Shown in pieces: positions 1 through 8,259 of a stretch of 32,000 bases of DNA. The stretch spans positions 390,001-422,000 of the forward strand of contig NZ_CP011304.1 of NCBI RefSeq assembly GCF_000981785.2. The letters run 5' to 3'. Position 1 is the first letter of the stretch; every line of letters begins with the position of its first letter. This DNA is from Microcystis aeruginosa NIES-2549 (GTDB taxonomy: Bacteria > Cyanobacteriota > Cyanobacteriia > Cyanobacteriales > Microcystaceae). A program made the position numbers and the translations under genes. The notes beneath the pieces were generated by a model, which was not told where the DNA came from, did not search any database, and was given only the letters and a program-made list of their open reading frames with translations.

Positions 1-70
1 AGATTAATTGTCCAGCTTCGGCAGTTTTTGGATGTCCTGCGGCGATAGCGCCCTTGCTTTTGCCAGTCAC
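1..70 (-). CDS. 5' end (about 23 codons) of a gamma-glutamyltransferase-family protein; runs off the left edge
   Basis: Not in the ORF track because it is open at the window edge. Reading the reverse strand from GTG at 70-68 gives (M)TGKSKGAIAAGHPKTAEAGQLI. This resembles the GAxAxxHPxxxxAG N-terminal signature I associate with GGT/Ntn-hydrolase proteins. Only 23 codons are visible. Confidence 0.3.
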   Translation of the reverse strand, partial: MTGKSKGAIAAGHPKTAEAGQLI

Positions 71-77
71 GATGATT

Positions 78-350
78 CAGTTATCAGTAAACAGTAAACA
101 GTTATCAGTGGTTAGTGGGAATTATCAATTATCAATTATGAATTGGCAAGTGGGGAAGTGGGGAGATTCAGTTATCATTAAACAGTAAACAGTTATCAGT
201 GGTTAGTGGGAATTATCAATTATCAATTATGAATTGGCAAGTGGGGAAGTGGGGAGATTCAGTTATCATTAAACAGTAAACAGTTATCAGTGGTTAGTGG
301 GAATTATCAATTATCAATTATGAATTGGCAAGTGGGGAAGTGGGGAGAAA
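78..350. repeat. Three tandem copies of a 91-bp unit, each built from 13 phased heptamers
   Basis: Units lie at 78-168, 169-259 and 260-350. Copies 2 and 3 look identical. Copy 1 differs by one base (cagtaaa vs cattaaa), and the last copy diverges in its final 2 nt. The unit reads cagttat cagtaaa cagtaaa cagttat cagtggt tagtggg aattatc aattatc aattatg aattggc aagtggg gaagtgg ggagatt. Confidence 0.95.
121..149 (-). promoter_or_regulatory. Promoter-like module TTGCCA-17 nt-GATAAT (reverse strand); also present at 212-240 and 303-331
   Basis: On the reverse strand each 91-bp unit reads cTTGCCAattcataattgataattGATAATt. The -35-like hexamer is at 149-144 and the -10-like hexamer at 126-121, with a 17-nt spacer. 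The module points toward the putative GTG start at 70. This is motif-level evidence only. Confidence 0.3.
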
Positions 351-354
351 AAAG

Positions 355-386
355 CTGCCTCCTGTCTCCTGTCTCCTGCCTCCTGA
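355..386. repeat. Heptanucleotide tract (ctgcctc ctgtctc ctgtctc ctgcctc ctga)
   Basis: Four and a half phased heptamers sit a few nt after the 91-bp array. They end 6 nt before the lpxD stop codon (393-395). Confidence 0.9.
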
Positions 387-392
387 ATAGGG

Positions 393-1424
393 CTATTTTT
401 TCAACTGCTTAACCGCTTGATAGATTTCGGGTAAACGCTTGTAAGCGGCCGCTGCCTTGAGGAATAGTTTATGGGGGATAGCGGGAGAGCCAGAAACCAC
501 TTCTCCTGCCCCGATATCGTTGTGAATGCCAGCTTGGGCAGATGCGATCGCACCGTCACCGATTACTGCTTGATTGGCAATGCCCACCTGTCCCGCTAAA
601 ATAACGCGATTGCCCACTTTTACGCCTCCTGCCATGCCCACCTGTCCTGCTAGGGCGCAAGCTTGGCCAATTTGGCAATTATGGGCAATATGGACGAGAT
701 TATCGATCTTAGTCTGGCTACCGATGCGGGTTTCTCCCACTGCCGGACGATCCACGGCGCTATTACAGCCAATTTCTACGCCATCTTCTAAGACCACGAT
801 ACCGGATTGTTCCATCTTAAACCAGCCTTCGGGAACCGGCACAAAACCGAAGCCCTCGGCACCGATAACAGCGCCACTGTGGATAACGCAATCATTGCCG
901 ATTTGTACCCGTTCATGGATGGTACAGTTAGCGTGGAGAATTGTGCGATCGCCAATATGCACCCCGGGGTAAACAACGGCGTTAGGATGAATGCACACGC
1001 CATCACCGAGGGTGACATTGGCTTCTACCACCGCATGGGCCCCGATGGCGACTTTATGGCCGATTTTAGCCGATGGATGCACCACGGCGGTGGCGTGAAT
1101 GTAGGGTTGGGGCTGAAAGGGTTGATAGAATAATTTGATGGCGTGGGCGAATAAAAGTCGGGGATTGGCACTAGCTAACCAAGCGATGCCGCGTTCGTCG
1201 GCCTGTTGTTGTAGATTGCTATCCAGGGGCAGAATTAGGGCAGTAGCCTCAGTTTTGGCGACAAAGGAAGCAAATTTTCCCCCTTCGATATAGCTAATCG
1301 TATCGACTAGGGCGGTTTCGATGGGAGTTATGGCTTTAATTTGGGGATTTCTGTCGGGATAGGCAGTTAAACTGTGAGCAGAGACTAAAGGGCTTAATTT
1401 TTGGGCAATTTCACTAAATTTCAT
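393..1424 (-). CDS. lpxD: UDP-3-O-acylglucosamine N-acyltransferase
   Basis: The 343-aa ORF has a long run of left-handed beta-helix hexapeptide repeats (IGxxxxI/V periodicity). Its N-terminal domain is LpxD-type (MKFSEIAQKL...ISYIEGGKF). The length is typical of LpxD. Confidence 0.9.
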   Translation of the reverse strand: MKFSEIAQKLSPLVSAHSLTAYPDRNPQIKAITPIETALVDTISYIEGGKFASFVAKTEATALILPLDSNLQQQADERGIAWLASANPRLLFAHAIKLFYQPFQPQPYIHATAVVHPSAKIGHKVAIGAHAVVEANVTLGDGVCIHPNAVVYPGVHIGDRTILHANCTIHERVQIGNDCVIHSGAVIGAEGFGFVPVPEGWFKMEQSGIVVLEDGVEIGCNSAVDRPAVGETRIGSQTKIDNLVHIAHNCQIGQACALAGQVGMAGGVKVGNRVILAGQVGIANQAVIGDGAIASAQAGIHNDIGAGEVVSGSPAIPHKLFLKAAAAYKRLPEIYQAVKQLKK

Positions 1425-1581
1425 AAATATATACTGCGATCGAGATAGGGCTGATGATAGGATGGTCTAACAGTCTAAAACTATACTGATAATCTTGTCG
1501 TTATTATAGTCAAAAAAGTTGCTAGTTTTTTAGGGAATAATCCCTGTTTTCCATTTCAACAAAGCCGATCTCGATCTAGAG

Positions 1582-1616
1582 CGGTTTTGGAGATAAGTTG
1601 GCTCTCTCCAAAACCG
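1582..1616 (-). terminator. 12-bp perfect-stem hairpin just downstream of the PEP-CTERM gene
   Basis: Arm cggttttggaga (1582-1593) pairs with tctccaaaaccg (1605-1616) around an 11-nt loop. The hairpin starts 8 nt after the stop of the 1624-2508 gene on the reverse strand. There is no clear U-tract on that strand. Confidence 0.45.
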
Positions 1617-1623
1617 ATTGGTT

Positions 1624-2508
1624 TTAGTTTTTACTGCTCGATCGAGTTAATAAAATTGATCCGAACAGTATTAAGGCGATCAGAGTTGATGGTTCGGGAA
1701 CTGTTTGAAAATCTAGGTTAAAAATTCCTGACTCTCCCCAAGAAAGGCTAAGATCTACCAGCTTAAAACTGGCTGAATATTTTCCCGGTCGAGATGCAAG
1801 AAACTTCGGTAAAAAGGAGAAGTTATCACCAGTACCGATCGCATAGATATCGCCGGCATTAGCTAAAATTGTCTGTCCTAAAGAGTTAGCTACTGTTAAT
1901 CCATCACTAATCTCTAACAGTTGTAAGGATAGGTTGGCATTACCTAAAGACCGATTCCACCGTCCCCCAGAACTGTTAAAAAGAGCTTGTTCTCCCAAGT
2001 CAGAGGAATTATTAATAGTTGCCACTGATTGCATCAGTAGATTGCTATATTCCTCCCCAGTGGCAGCACTAACAAAACTATTCTGAAAAATTCCTTGTCC
2101 TGCAATTAAGGAGAGAGGAGGCAATCCTGTAGAAGTCTCAGGAATGCGATTATTGGTGTTAGTCGGATTAACTACCGGATTACCAGACGGGCCGGAATAA
2201 CTGTAAGTGCCGATACCGTGAAAATGAGGGTTTCCCTCTCGGTGAGCAACCAGAAGAGTTAACCGGTTATAGTTAGGATTGGCTAATCCCTCATAGATGC
2301 CCCGAGTTAAGGTGATTTGATTATCCACCCCGATATAAAATTCGGGCAAACTCTGACCAATGGCAGGCTCTTCAGCCTTAGCCACCGTTACCAGGGCGAA
2401 AGAAAGCGATAAAATGAAGCTAACAGCGATAAATGGAGATTTATGGCTTTTTTCGCTGATTTTCTTCCCAGCACAAACTAATCCTACCCCAGAGACCTGT
2501 AGAACCAT
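1624..2508 (-). CDS. Secreted PEP-CTERM-anchored protein, probably Zur-repressed (all3515-like family)
   Basis: The 294-aa ORF has a signal-like segment FIAVSFILSLSFALVTVAKA. Its C-terminus VPEPSTLIALILFGSILLTRSSSKN is a PEP-CTERM motif followed by a TM helix and a basic tail. It contains a His cluster HREGNPHFHG, and a perfect Zur-type palindrome lies just upstream. The family name is from memory. Confidence 0.7.
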   Translation of the reverse strand: MVLQVSGVGLVCAGKKISEKSHKSPFIAVSFILSLSFALVTVAKAEEPAIGQSLPEFYIGVDNQITLTRGIYEGLANPNYNRLTLLVAHREGNPHFHGIGTYSYSGPSGNPVVNPTNTNNRIPETSTGLPPLSLIAGQGIFQNSFVSAATGEEYSNLLMQSVATINNSSDLGEQALFNSSGGRWNRSLGNANLSLQLLEISDGLTVANSLGQTILANAGDIYAIGTGDNFSFLPKFLASRPGKYSASFKLVDLSLSWGESGIFNLDFQTVPEPSTLIALILFGSILLTRSSSKN

Positions 2509-2529
2509 GATTTCTCTCGTTAATTAGAA

Positions 2530-2544
2530 TGATAATCATTATCA
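2530..2544. promoter_or_regulatory. Zur/Fur-type operator, perfect 7-1-7 palindrome TGATAAT-C-ATTATCA
   Basis: tgataatcattatca lies 22-36 nt upstream of the ATG at 2508-2506. It matches the cyanobacterial Zur box consensus TGATAATNATTATCA. Confidence 0.7.
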
Positions 2545-2800
2545 CATTAACGAAAAACCCTTGTTCTGATTCACTTTTGCCAACAAAGTTAATTTAAGTT
2601 AACATGAACCATGCTGTCGGAATAAGTTGCCCGGGCCAACAGGCAACGCCGGAACAGCAGCAGGTTATCTGGGGATGAGGCCAAATCCCGTCAAAGTTTA
2701 TCTTGATCAGAAAAGATAAACAAGGCTGTACTAGATTTTGCAGTGGGGAATCTGGGTTAAAATAGACCGAGAAAGTTAACAAAAAAATTGTCTCGCTCAA

Positions 2801-3844
2801 GTGGGCGAAAATCAGCTTATGACCCTTGCGGTGGCGATCGAAAAGTTAAAAAAATCCTACGGTCAGACAGCAGCGGTTAAAGATATCTCCTTTACCGTGG
2901 CAGCGGCAGAAATCTTCGGTTTACTCGGTCCCAATGGTGCGGGGAAAACCACCACGATTCGCTGTCTTTGTACCCTTGCTAAACCCGATGGCGGCAAAAT
3001 CGAGGTGGGGGGTGTCGATGCCCTGAATAACCCCAAATCCGCCCGTAAACGCCTGGGTTACGTTGCCCAAGAAGTCGCCCTCGATAAAATGCTCACGGGC
3101 CGGGAACTGTTGCAACTACAAGCGGCTCTCTATCACATTCCTGCTCAAAAGTCAAGAGAGCGCATCAAAGAATTAATAAATCTTTTAGGATTAGAGGAAT
3201 ACGCCGACAAAAAAACAGGAACCTATTCCGGCGGCATCAAAAAACGGCTGGATTTAGCGGCGGGATTACTGCATCAGCCGGAAGTTTTAGTGCTGGATGA
3301 ACCGACTGTGGGCCTCGATATCGAAAGTCGTTTGATTGTCTGGGATTTTCTGCGACAATTGCGGGCGGCTGGAACCAGTGTATTAATTACCAGCCATTAT
3401 CTCGAAGAAATCGACGCTTTGGCCGATAACTTAGCAATTATCGACAATGGTATCGTCATCGCTCGCGGTACCCCCTCACAACTGAAGGAGCAGCTGGGTG
3501 GCGATCGCATAACCCTAAAAGTGCGGGAATTTTCCCCAGAGGAAGAGGCCTTAAAAGCGAAAGAGTTGTTATCTCGTCTGCCTTTTGTCGAGGAAGTGAT
3601 CGTTAATACCGCCCAGGGTAACTCCCTTAATCTTATCGTCACGGCCAATAGCAATCCTTTAAGCAAAATTGAACAAACCCTAGCCGAATCGGGATTACCC
3701 GTGTTTAGCATGGCCCAATCCCGTCCTAGTCTCGATGATGTCTATCTAGCGGCCACCGGACGCACCCTGATGGATGCGGAAATTGCCGCCGCCAGCAGTC
3801 GCGACCTGAAGGCGGAGAAAAAACAAGCGATGAAGGAATCCTAA
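2801..3844 (+). CDS. ABC transporter ATP-binding protein (ABC-2/DrrA-like)
   Basis: Motifs present are Walker A GPNGAGKTT, signature YSGGIKKRL, Walker B VLVLDEPTVGLD and H-loop SHYLEE. The ORF-track start is GTG at 2801; ATG at 2819 (MTLAVAIEKL) is equally plausible. No permease gene follows. Confidence 0.9.
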   Translation: MGENQLMTLAVAIEKLKKSYGQTAAVKDISFTVAAAEIFGLLGPNGAGKTTTIRCLCTLAKPDGGKIEVGGVDALNNPKSARKRLGYVAQEVALDKMLTGRELLQLQAALYHIPAQKSRERIKELINLLGLEEYADKKTGTYSGGIKKRLDLAAGLLHQPEVLVLDEPTVGLDIESRLIVWDFLRQLRAAGTSVLITSHYLEEIDALADNLAIIDNGIVIARGTPSQLKEQLGGDRITLKVREFSPEEEALKAKELLSRLPFVEEVIVNTAQGNSLNLIVTANSNPLSKIEQTLAESGLPVFSMAQSRPSLDDVYLAATGRTLMDAEIAAASSRDLKAEKKQAMKES

Positions 3845-3915
3845 CCCGGCGAGAAAGGCTGTAATATTGCCCAATTGCCCGGTTAAATCGCCTATAATTG
3901 GAGCGATCGACTATC

Positions 3916-4132
3916 TAGGGCTTGCTGAAAAAGTTTTTCGTGGGGGTAGGGTGTGGGGTGTGGGGTGTGGGGTGTAGGGTTTTACCGATTTTGAGGGGGT
4001 CAATTACCTAATTTTCAGGGAAAAAGTCCCTGAATTTTCCACCCGATCACTCCCATATTTGGTACTTTTTGATTGACAAAAAGTCTAAAAGTCTTACCCA
4101 ACAAGGTTTTTAGATTTATTCAGCAAGCTCTA
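3916..4132. mobile_element. MITE-like element, family A (217 bp)
   Basis: The terminal inverted repeats tagggcttgctgaa (3916-3929) and ttcagcaagctcta (4119-4132) match 13/14. An internal heptamer tract tgtgggg/tgtaggg lies at 3945-3979. The 4081-4125 segment recurs in inverted orientation at 16021-16065. The element has no coding capacity. Confidence 0.7.
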
Positions 4133-4145
4133 TCTATCAATCAAT

Positions 4146-4484
4146 ATGAAAGATAAACGGGTATTGCTGACCGGCGGTACGGGAGGACTGGGTTTAGGAG
4201 TCACTCCGGCGGTTTTACACCATGGCGGTCATCTAACCATGACCTATCGGGAGGAAAGGGAGGTAGGTCGTCTGAAATCTCGGCTGAGTGCGGCGGAATT
4301 TGAGCGTATTCGCTTTGTCAGGGTGGATTTAACCCAAGAAACTGCCGTGGCTAGATTAATTGATGATCTCGGTCGGGTCGATGTTTTAATTCATCTAGTC
4401 GAGGGGCGAAAGACTTGCGCGGAGCGGCAATTCCCGTCTATGGTTCCCTGTGAGTGGTTTTTTGTCTTCAGGCTGATACACTGA
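4146..4484 (+). pseudogene. Truncated short-chain dehydrogenase/reductase (N-terminal third only)
   Basis: The SDR Rossmann motif LLTGGTGGLGLG is present. SDR-like sequence stops near residue 85 (VLIHLVEG), and the ORF ends at 112 aa against about 250 aa for intact SDRs. I saw no continuation in other frames before plsY. Confidence 0.6.
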
Positions 4485-4522
4485 TAACGGCGCTCGCTCT
4501 TGCTAAAAATTGGGGTTAATTT

Positions 4523-5206
4523 ATGCTTATTCCGATTCTTATCAGTCTTACTATCTTACTTTTATCCTATCTGTTCGGTTCGATTCCCACGGGTTATTTA
4601 ATCGGTAAATACAGCAAAGGTATCGATATTCGTGACTATGGTTCCGGTTCCACCGGGGCCACCAATGTGCTGAGAACTCTGGGAAAAACTGCCGGGGCGA
4701 CGGTGTTATTAATTGATATGTTAAAAGGAATGGCGGCGGTGGCCCTGGTACGAGTACTATATTTTATGGATGTCAATCCTCTCCCAGAAAGTTGGTATTA
4801 TTGGTTAATTATCGGGGCAGGATTGGGGGCAATCATTGGTCATAGTAAATCGATTTTCTTGAATTTTAGTGGTGGTAAATCCGTCGCCACCAGTTTAGGG
4901 GTTTTATTAGTGATGAATCCCCTAGTGGCTTGCGGAACTTTGGCGAGTTTTTTAGTTATTCTCGCACTTTTCCGGATTGTTTCTTTAGGTTCGATTCTCG
5001 GGGCGCTGGTGGTGAATATTTTAATGGTTATTTTAGGTCAACCTCTCCCCTATATTTTATTTAGTTTGATGGGGGGAATCTATGTGATTGTTCGTCATCA
5101 GGGTAATATTAAAAGATTGTTGGCAGGGACGGAACCAAAAATAGGTCAGAAAGTACAGCAATCATCGGAATTAGGTTACAGCGTTTCTCCTACAGATGAA
5201 GTGTAA
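4523..5206 (+). CDS. plsY: Glycerol-3-phosphate acyltransferase PlsY
   Basis: The 227-aa protein is multi-TM and carries the motifs GSIPTGYLIGK and GSGSTGATNVLRTLGK. Confidence 0.9.
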   Translation: MLIPILISLTILLLSYLFGSIPTGYLIGKYSKGIDIRDYGSGSTGATNVLRTLGKTAGATVLLIDMLKGMAAVALVRVLYFMDVNPLPESWYYWLIIGAGLGAIIGHSKSIFLNFSGGKSVATSLGVLLVMNPLVACGTLASFLVILALFRIVSLGSILGALVVNILMVILGQPLPYILFSLMGGIYVIVRHQGNIKRLLAGTEPKIGQKVQQSSELGYSVSPTDEV

Positions 5207-5241
5207 CCTAATTTGCTATCATCCCCAGACGACTGGCTAAT

Positions 5242-5325
5242 GTTCCCTGTTGCCCGTTCCCTGTTCCCTAAAACCAGAGACTTTGTACCTCACCCTTAAG
5301 ATAACTGCTATAAATCCGTTGAGTA
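5242..5325. repeat. Partial MITE-like repeat, family C
   Basis: A heptamer tract gttccct gttgccc gttccct gttccct (5242-5269) is followed by ctaaaacc..ctttgtacctca..gctataaat. This is the same right-end architecture as the element at 31606-31724. I found no matching left TIR. Confidence 0.5.
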
Positions 5326-5411
5326 TAGGCTACATATCAGGAGAGGCAATAGGCAATAGGAGCAATAAATAATCAGTCTTTAATAACCGGATTTAGTATC
5401 ACTCCTAATTA

Positions 5412-6437
5412 TTATTTTCCTACGCCCAGTTTTCTGGTTACTTTTTGCCAAAAGGTTGGGGTCGGTGGTTGATAGGGTTTGGGACTATCGGTAAATATAG
5501 GACGTTGACTAGGTTGGTAGAGATAACGATAGTGTAAGAAAATATCTCGATAGGGAAAATCGAGATTTTCACCGCTACAAAGTCGAGTGAACAGAGAGGA
5601 AGATAAACCAATGTAGTGAAGGTATGTTAAGCGGTTGCCCTTATCGTAAAGAATATTATCTAAAGCCTGAAAATGGGGAGAGGTGACACAGCAGCCGGTG
5701 CGTTCTTCTTTCGGCAATTGAAGGGCTAGATTATATATAGAAAAATTTGAGCGCATCATCATATAATTGACGATAGTTTGATCGGGAGCCATCGGATAGA
5801 GAATTTCCGCTTCTCCTGCTCGCAATTGTTCTACTAGCCAATCTCGCTGATTTTCATCGAATAAACCAATTTTAGAAGCATAGAAACCCGCACAAAAAAT
5901 CTCCTTTTCGATACGATCACGGGAAAAAACCTCGAATAATTTTGGTCGAGAAACTTCGTACACATGAGTGGGATCTTTGTGCTGAAAGTCATAAACAACA
6001 CAATCGTGCCTGTCTAGGATAGCGAAGATTTTATCAACGGCATCGAGTAGCAAGGTGTCCCCATCCATGTAGATAAAACGATCAAAGGGACTATCAAAAG
6101 CAATAAAACGGTGGTGCATTCCCATACGATAATATCGGTCAGTGCAACCCGATTTCAACCAACGTTCGCGGGCTTGCGGGTGGCTATCCCAAATCGACTT
6201 GGCGAAATTTTCCCAGCGTTCGATAATTTCCTGATTATCAAACAACTGTACGTTAGGACGTTGAGCGATTTCCGCTTTGATACGTTCGGTGTTGTCATCG
6301 TAGGGATAGACACAAACAGGAAGATCTTTTCCTCCATTTACTTCGATGCTATTGAGTAGAGCGATTAATTGATCGTAAACCCGATCATTAGCTAGGGTAC
6401 AGATACCGTCCATAAGTAATGCTAAGGAAAAAATCAA
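5412..6437 (-). CDS. Conserved cyanobacterial protein with nucleotide-diphospho-sugar transferase-like (GT8-like) DxD motif
   Basis: In the 341-aa ORF, FIYMDGDTLLLD looks like a DxD glycosyltransferase motif. There are no TM segments. The ORF-track start is TTG at 6437; ATG at 6413 (MDGICTLAND) is an alternative. Confidence 0.5.
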   Translation of the reverse strand: MIFSLALLMDGICTLANDRVYDQLIALLNSIEVNGGKDLPVCVYPYDDNTERIKAEIAQRPNVQLFDNQEIIERWENFAKSIWDSHPQARERWLKSGCTDRYYRMGMHHRFIAFDSPFDRFIYMDGDTLLLDAVDKIFAILDRHDCVVYDFQHKDPTHVYEVSRPKLFEVFSRDRIEKEIFCAGFYASKIGLFDENQRDWLVEQLRAGEAEILYPMAPDQTIVNYMMMRSNFSIYNLALQLPKEERTGCCVTSPHFQALDNILYDKGNRLTYLHYIGLSSSLFTRLCSGENLDFPYRDIFLHYRYLYQPSQRPIFTDSPKPYQPPTPTFWQKVTRKLGVGK

Positions 6438-6546
6438 AACATATTATCTTTGCCGTTAGTTTAGCTTATTTTTGTCGATAAATTATGGTCTCAAGTTTCT
6501 GACAACAGAAGGACTACCCGATCGGCTATACCCAAAACCGATCGAT

Positions 6547-8052
6547 TTAGCGTTTGCGTTTGAGTAATTTAGAAATGCGTCGATCGTATCGCAACCAACG
6601 CCAAATTTTAATGACTAATTCCTCCACCCATAAAATAATCGCGTCCAATCCCTCTAAAATCCGTTCTAAGGGGTGTTTAACGTAGCCGACGGGGGTTGAT
6701 TCGGTTTCTAACCATTCTTCGTTAATTGGTTGAATTATCTCCTTGGCATAGCGGGGATCTAATTGGGTTGTGGGGGGGGATTCTCTAGGGGTAATTTCAG
6801 CGGCGGCCGGGGGGATTTTTTGTAAAGATTTATTTTGTTTTTCTTGACTAAAAGCTTTTTCTGTGCTGCGAGGACGGGCTGGGGTGACTGGGGACTGGGG
6901 AAGGGGATGAGCGGGGTTAAGGCGCGGTTTTTCGGAGTCTTGGGGAGAAATAGCCAAGATATCGGCGGATTCTAGCCATGATTGCTCGCTGACGGCGGAA
7001 AATGTCAGGGATTGGCCAGAGGCAAAGAAGTGATCGATCGCCGCTTGGATGAGTTTGCCGATCGTGAAGGGATCCGCTTGGGTTTGTTTTTCTAGCCAAT
7101 CCTGGAGACGTTGCTTGAAGGTGATCAGCAGAGAATTAGGCAGACTTAGGGGATATTTTGCCGATAAAGCGGGTGAATCAGCACTATATTCTAAATTATT
7201 CTTCTCTTTTGCCCAGAAATGCTCGATCGCCGCATAAATTAACCAATAAAGTCGCCAGAGATAGGAGGAATTTTTCTCCAGAGTCGGGGACTGGTTAATG
7301 AGATCGGAAGGTAGGTTAGAGGTGTGGCTCAAACTGCTGGGGATTGCGGGGGAGATAGCGAGAAATTTAGCCTCGAAAATTGCTAATTTTTCGTCAATAA
7401 CTTGTAAAATCGCTTGAGAATTTAAATTAGGCAGTGGTAAGGAGAGTGGTGTCGGGGTTTTGACGAGATGGGATTCTTGGAATAGATTTATGGCGATCGC
7501 TATTTGTCCCTGTTGTTCCCAGCGTAGTAGGTTCCAAAACCAACGGATCGGAGGCAAGACAGGATTTTTATCGGTAAAATTCGGTAATAAAGGTGGATAT
7601 TGAGGATTTAATCGCTTAATTCTCCGTTTTTCGAGGGCGTAGTTAGCCAGTGCCGTCCTAATTTGTTTTTCTATTTGTCTTTGGGTTTGATTATCGGTGA
7701 TTTTAACGGTCTGGTGATCGTTAGTGACGAAAACTAAAGCTTGATCCTCTAGATCGGCTGCTATGCCAATAAATGGCGTTTCTCGGTCGGATAAGCTCTG
7801 GAGAAGTTCTGCGATCGCATCGGTTCCATCCTTGCCGGGGGGTGATAATTGTTTCTGGAGGCTGTTCCCCAATTGATTAGCCGTCATCCGCAGGGATTGT
7901 ACCAGCAAATAGACGGGATAGAGGGCTATTTGCAAGGCAATAGCGATCGCATTTTGACCGCGACGGGAGACGCGGCCGAGGTTATCTTTCAGACGGATCA
8001 AACGACGGTTGATCAGGTTGAACAGTCGGCTTTTATAGGGATCGGCAGCCAT
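6547..8052 (-). CDS. Hypothetical protein (501 aa, Pro/Gln-rich, one N-terminal hydrophobic helix)
   Basis: The long ORF has coding-like composition. An internal duplicated motif is present (LIYAAIEHFWAKEKN and LIQAAIDHFFASGQS). I recognise no catalytic motifs. Confidence 0.6.
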   Translation of the reverse strand: MAADPYKSRLFNLINRRLIRLKDNLGRVSRRGQNAIAIALQIALYPVYLLVQSLRMTANQLGNSLQKQLSPPGKDGTDAIAELLQSLSDRETPFIGIAADLEDQALVFVTNDHQTVKITDNQTQRQIEKQIRTALANYALEKRRIKRLNPQYPPLLPNFTDKNPVLPPIRWFWNLLRWEQQGQIAIAINLFQESHLVKTPTPLSLPLPNLNSQAILQVIDEKLAIFEAKFLAISPAIPSSLSHTSNLPSDLINQSPTLEKNSSYLWRLYWLIYAAIEHFWAKEKNNLEYSADSPALSAKYPLSLPNSLLITFKQRLQDWLEKQTQADPFTIGKLIQAAIDHFFASGQSLTFSAVSEQSWLESADILAISPQDSEKPRLNPAHPLPQSPVTPARPRSTEKAFSQEKQNKSLQKIPPAAAEITPRESPPTTQLDPRYAKEIIQPINEEWLETESTPVGYVKHPLERILEGLDAIILWVEELVIKIWRWLRYDRRISKLLKRKR

Positions 8053-8130
8053 GGATTTTGGGCGATAACATCTTCATTTAGACTATCCTATTGTGCAAGG
8101 ACGGGATAAAAAAATTTTTTGCCAAAACCC

Positions 8131-8159
8131 TTGACTCCCAGAAAAATTATTGTTATATT
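8131..8159 (+). promoter_or_regulatory. Sigma70-type promoter for tRNA-Glu (TTGACT-17 nt-TATATT)
   Basis: ttgact (8131-8136) is followed by a 17-nt spacer and tatatt (8154-8159). The -10 element ends 20 nt before the mature tRNA 5' end. Confidence 0.6.
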
Positions 8160-8179
8160 TAAAAAGGTCTGAAATCCAC

Positions 8180-8252
8180 GCCCCCATCGTCTAGTGGCCT
8201 AGGACACCTCCCTTTCACGGAGGCGACAGGGATTCGAATTCCCTTGGGGGTA
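8180..8252 (+). tRNA. trnE: tRNA-Glu (anticodon UUC)
   Basis: The sequence gcccccatcgtctagtggcctaggacacctccctttcacggaggcgacagggattcgaattcccttgggggta folds as a cloverleaf. The acceptor stem is gccccca/tgggggt, the anticodon loop is ctTTCac and the T-arm is agggattcgaattccct. No CCA is encoded. Confidence 0.95.
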
Positions 8253-8259
8253 TGAAAAG

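Noticed and set aside
120-140. GATAAT/ATTATC runs in the 91-bp units as Fur/Zur boxes
   Set aside because: The hexamers are direct repeats at 7-bp phasing, not the 7-1-7 inverted arrangement seen at 2530-2544. Similarity to metalloregulator operators is therefore superficial, so I kept only the weak promoter-like reading.
78-350. The 91-bp tandem array as a possible CRISPR array
   Set aside because: The units are contiguous and near-identical, with no unique spacers between them. No cas genes are nearby. This is a minisatellite, not a CRISPR array.
574-1133. Three ORFs (574-972 +, 788-1018 -, 807-1133 +) overlapping lpxD
   Set aside because: They lie entirely inside the well-supported lpxD gene. 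Their translations are low-complexity (Pro/Thr/Trp/Cys-rich) by-products of the repetitive hexapeptide coding region. They have no motifs or RBS.
2594-2800. 68-aa ORF on the reverse strand between the PEP-CTERM gene and the ABC ATPase
   Set aside because: Its composition is Cys/Trp/Pro-rich and non-protein-like. It occupies the divergent promoter region and has no recognisable motif.
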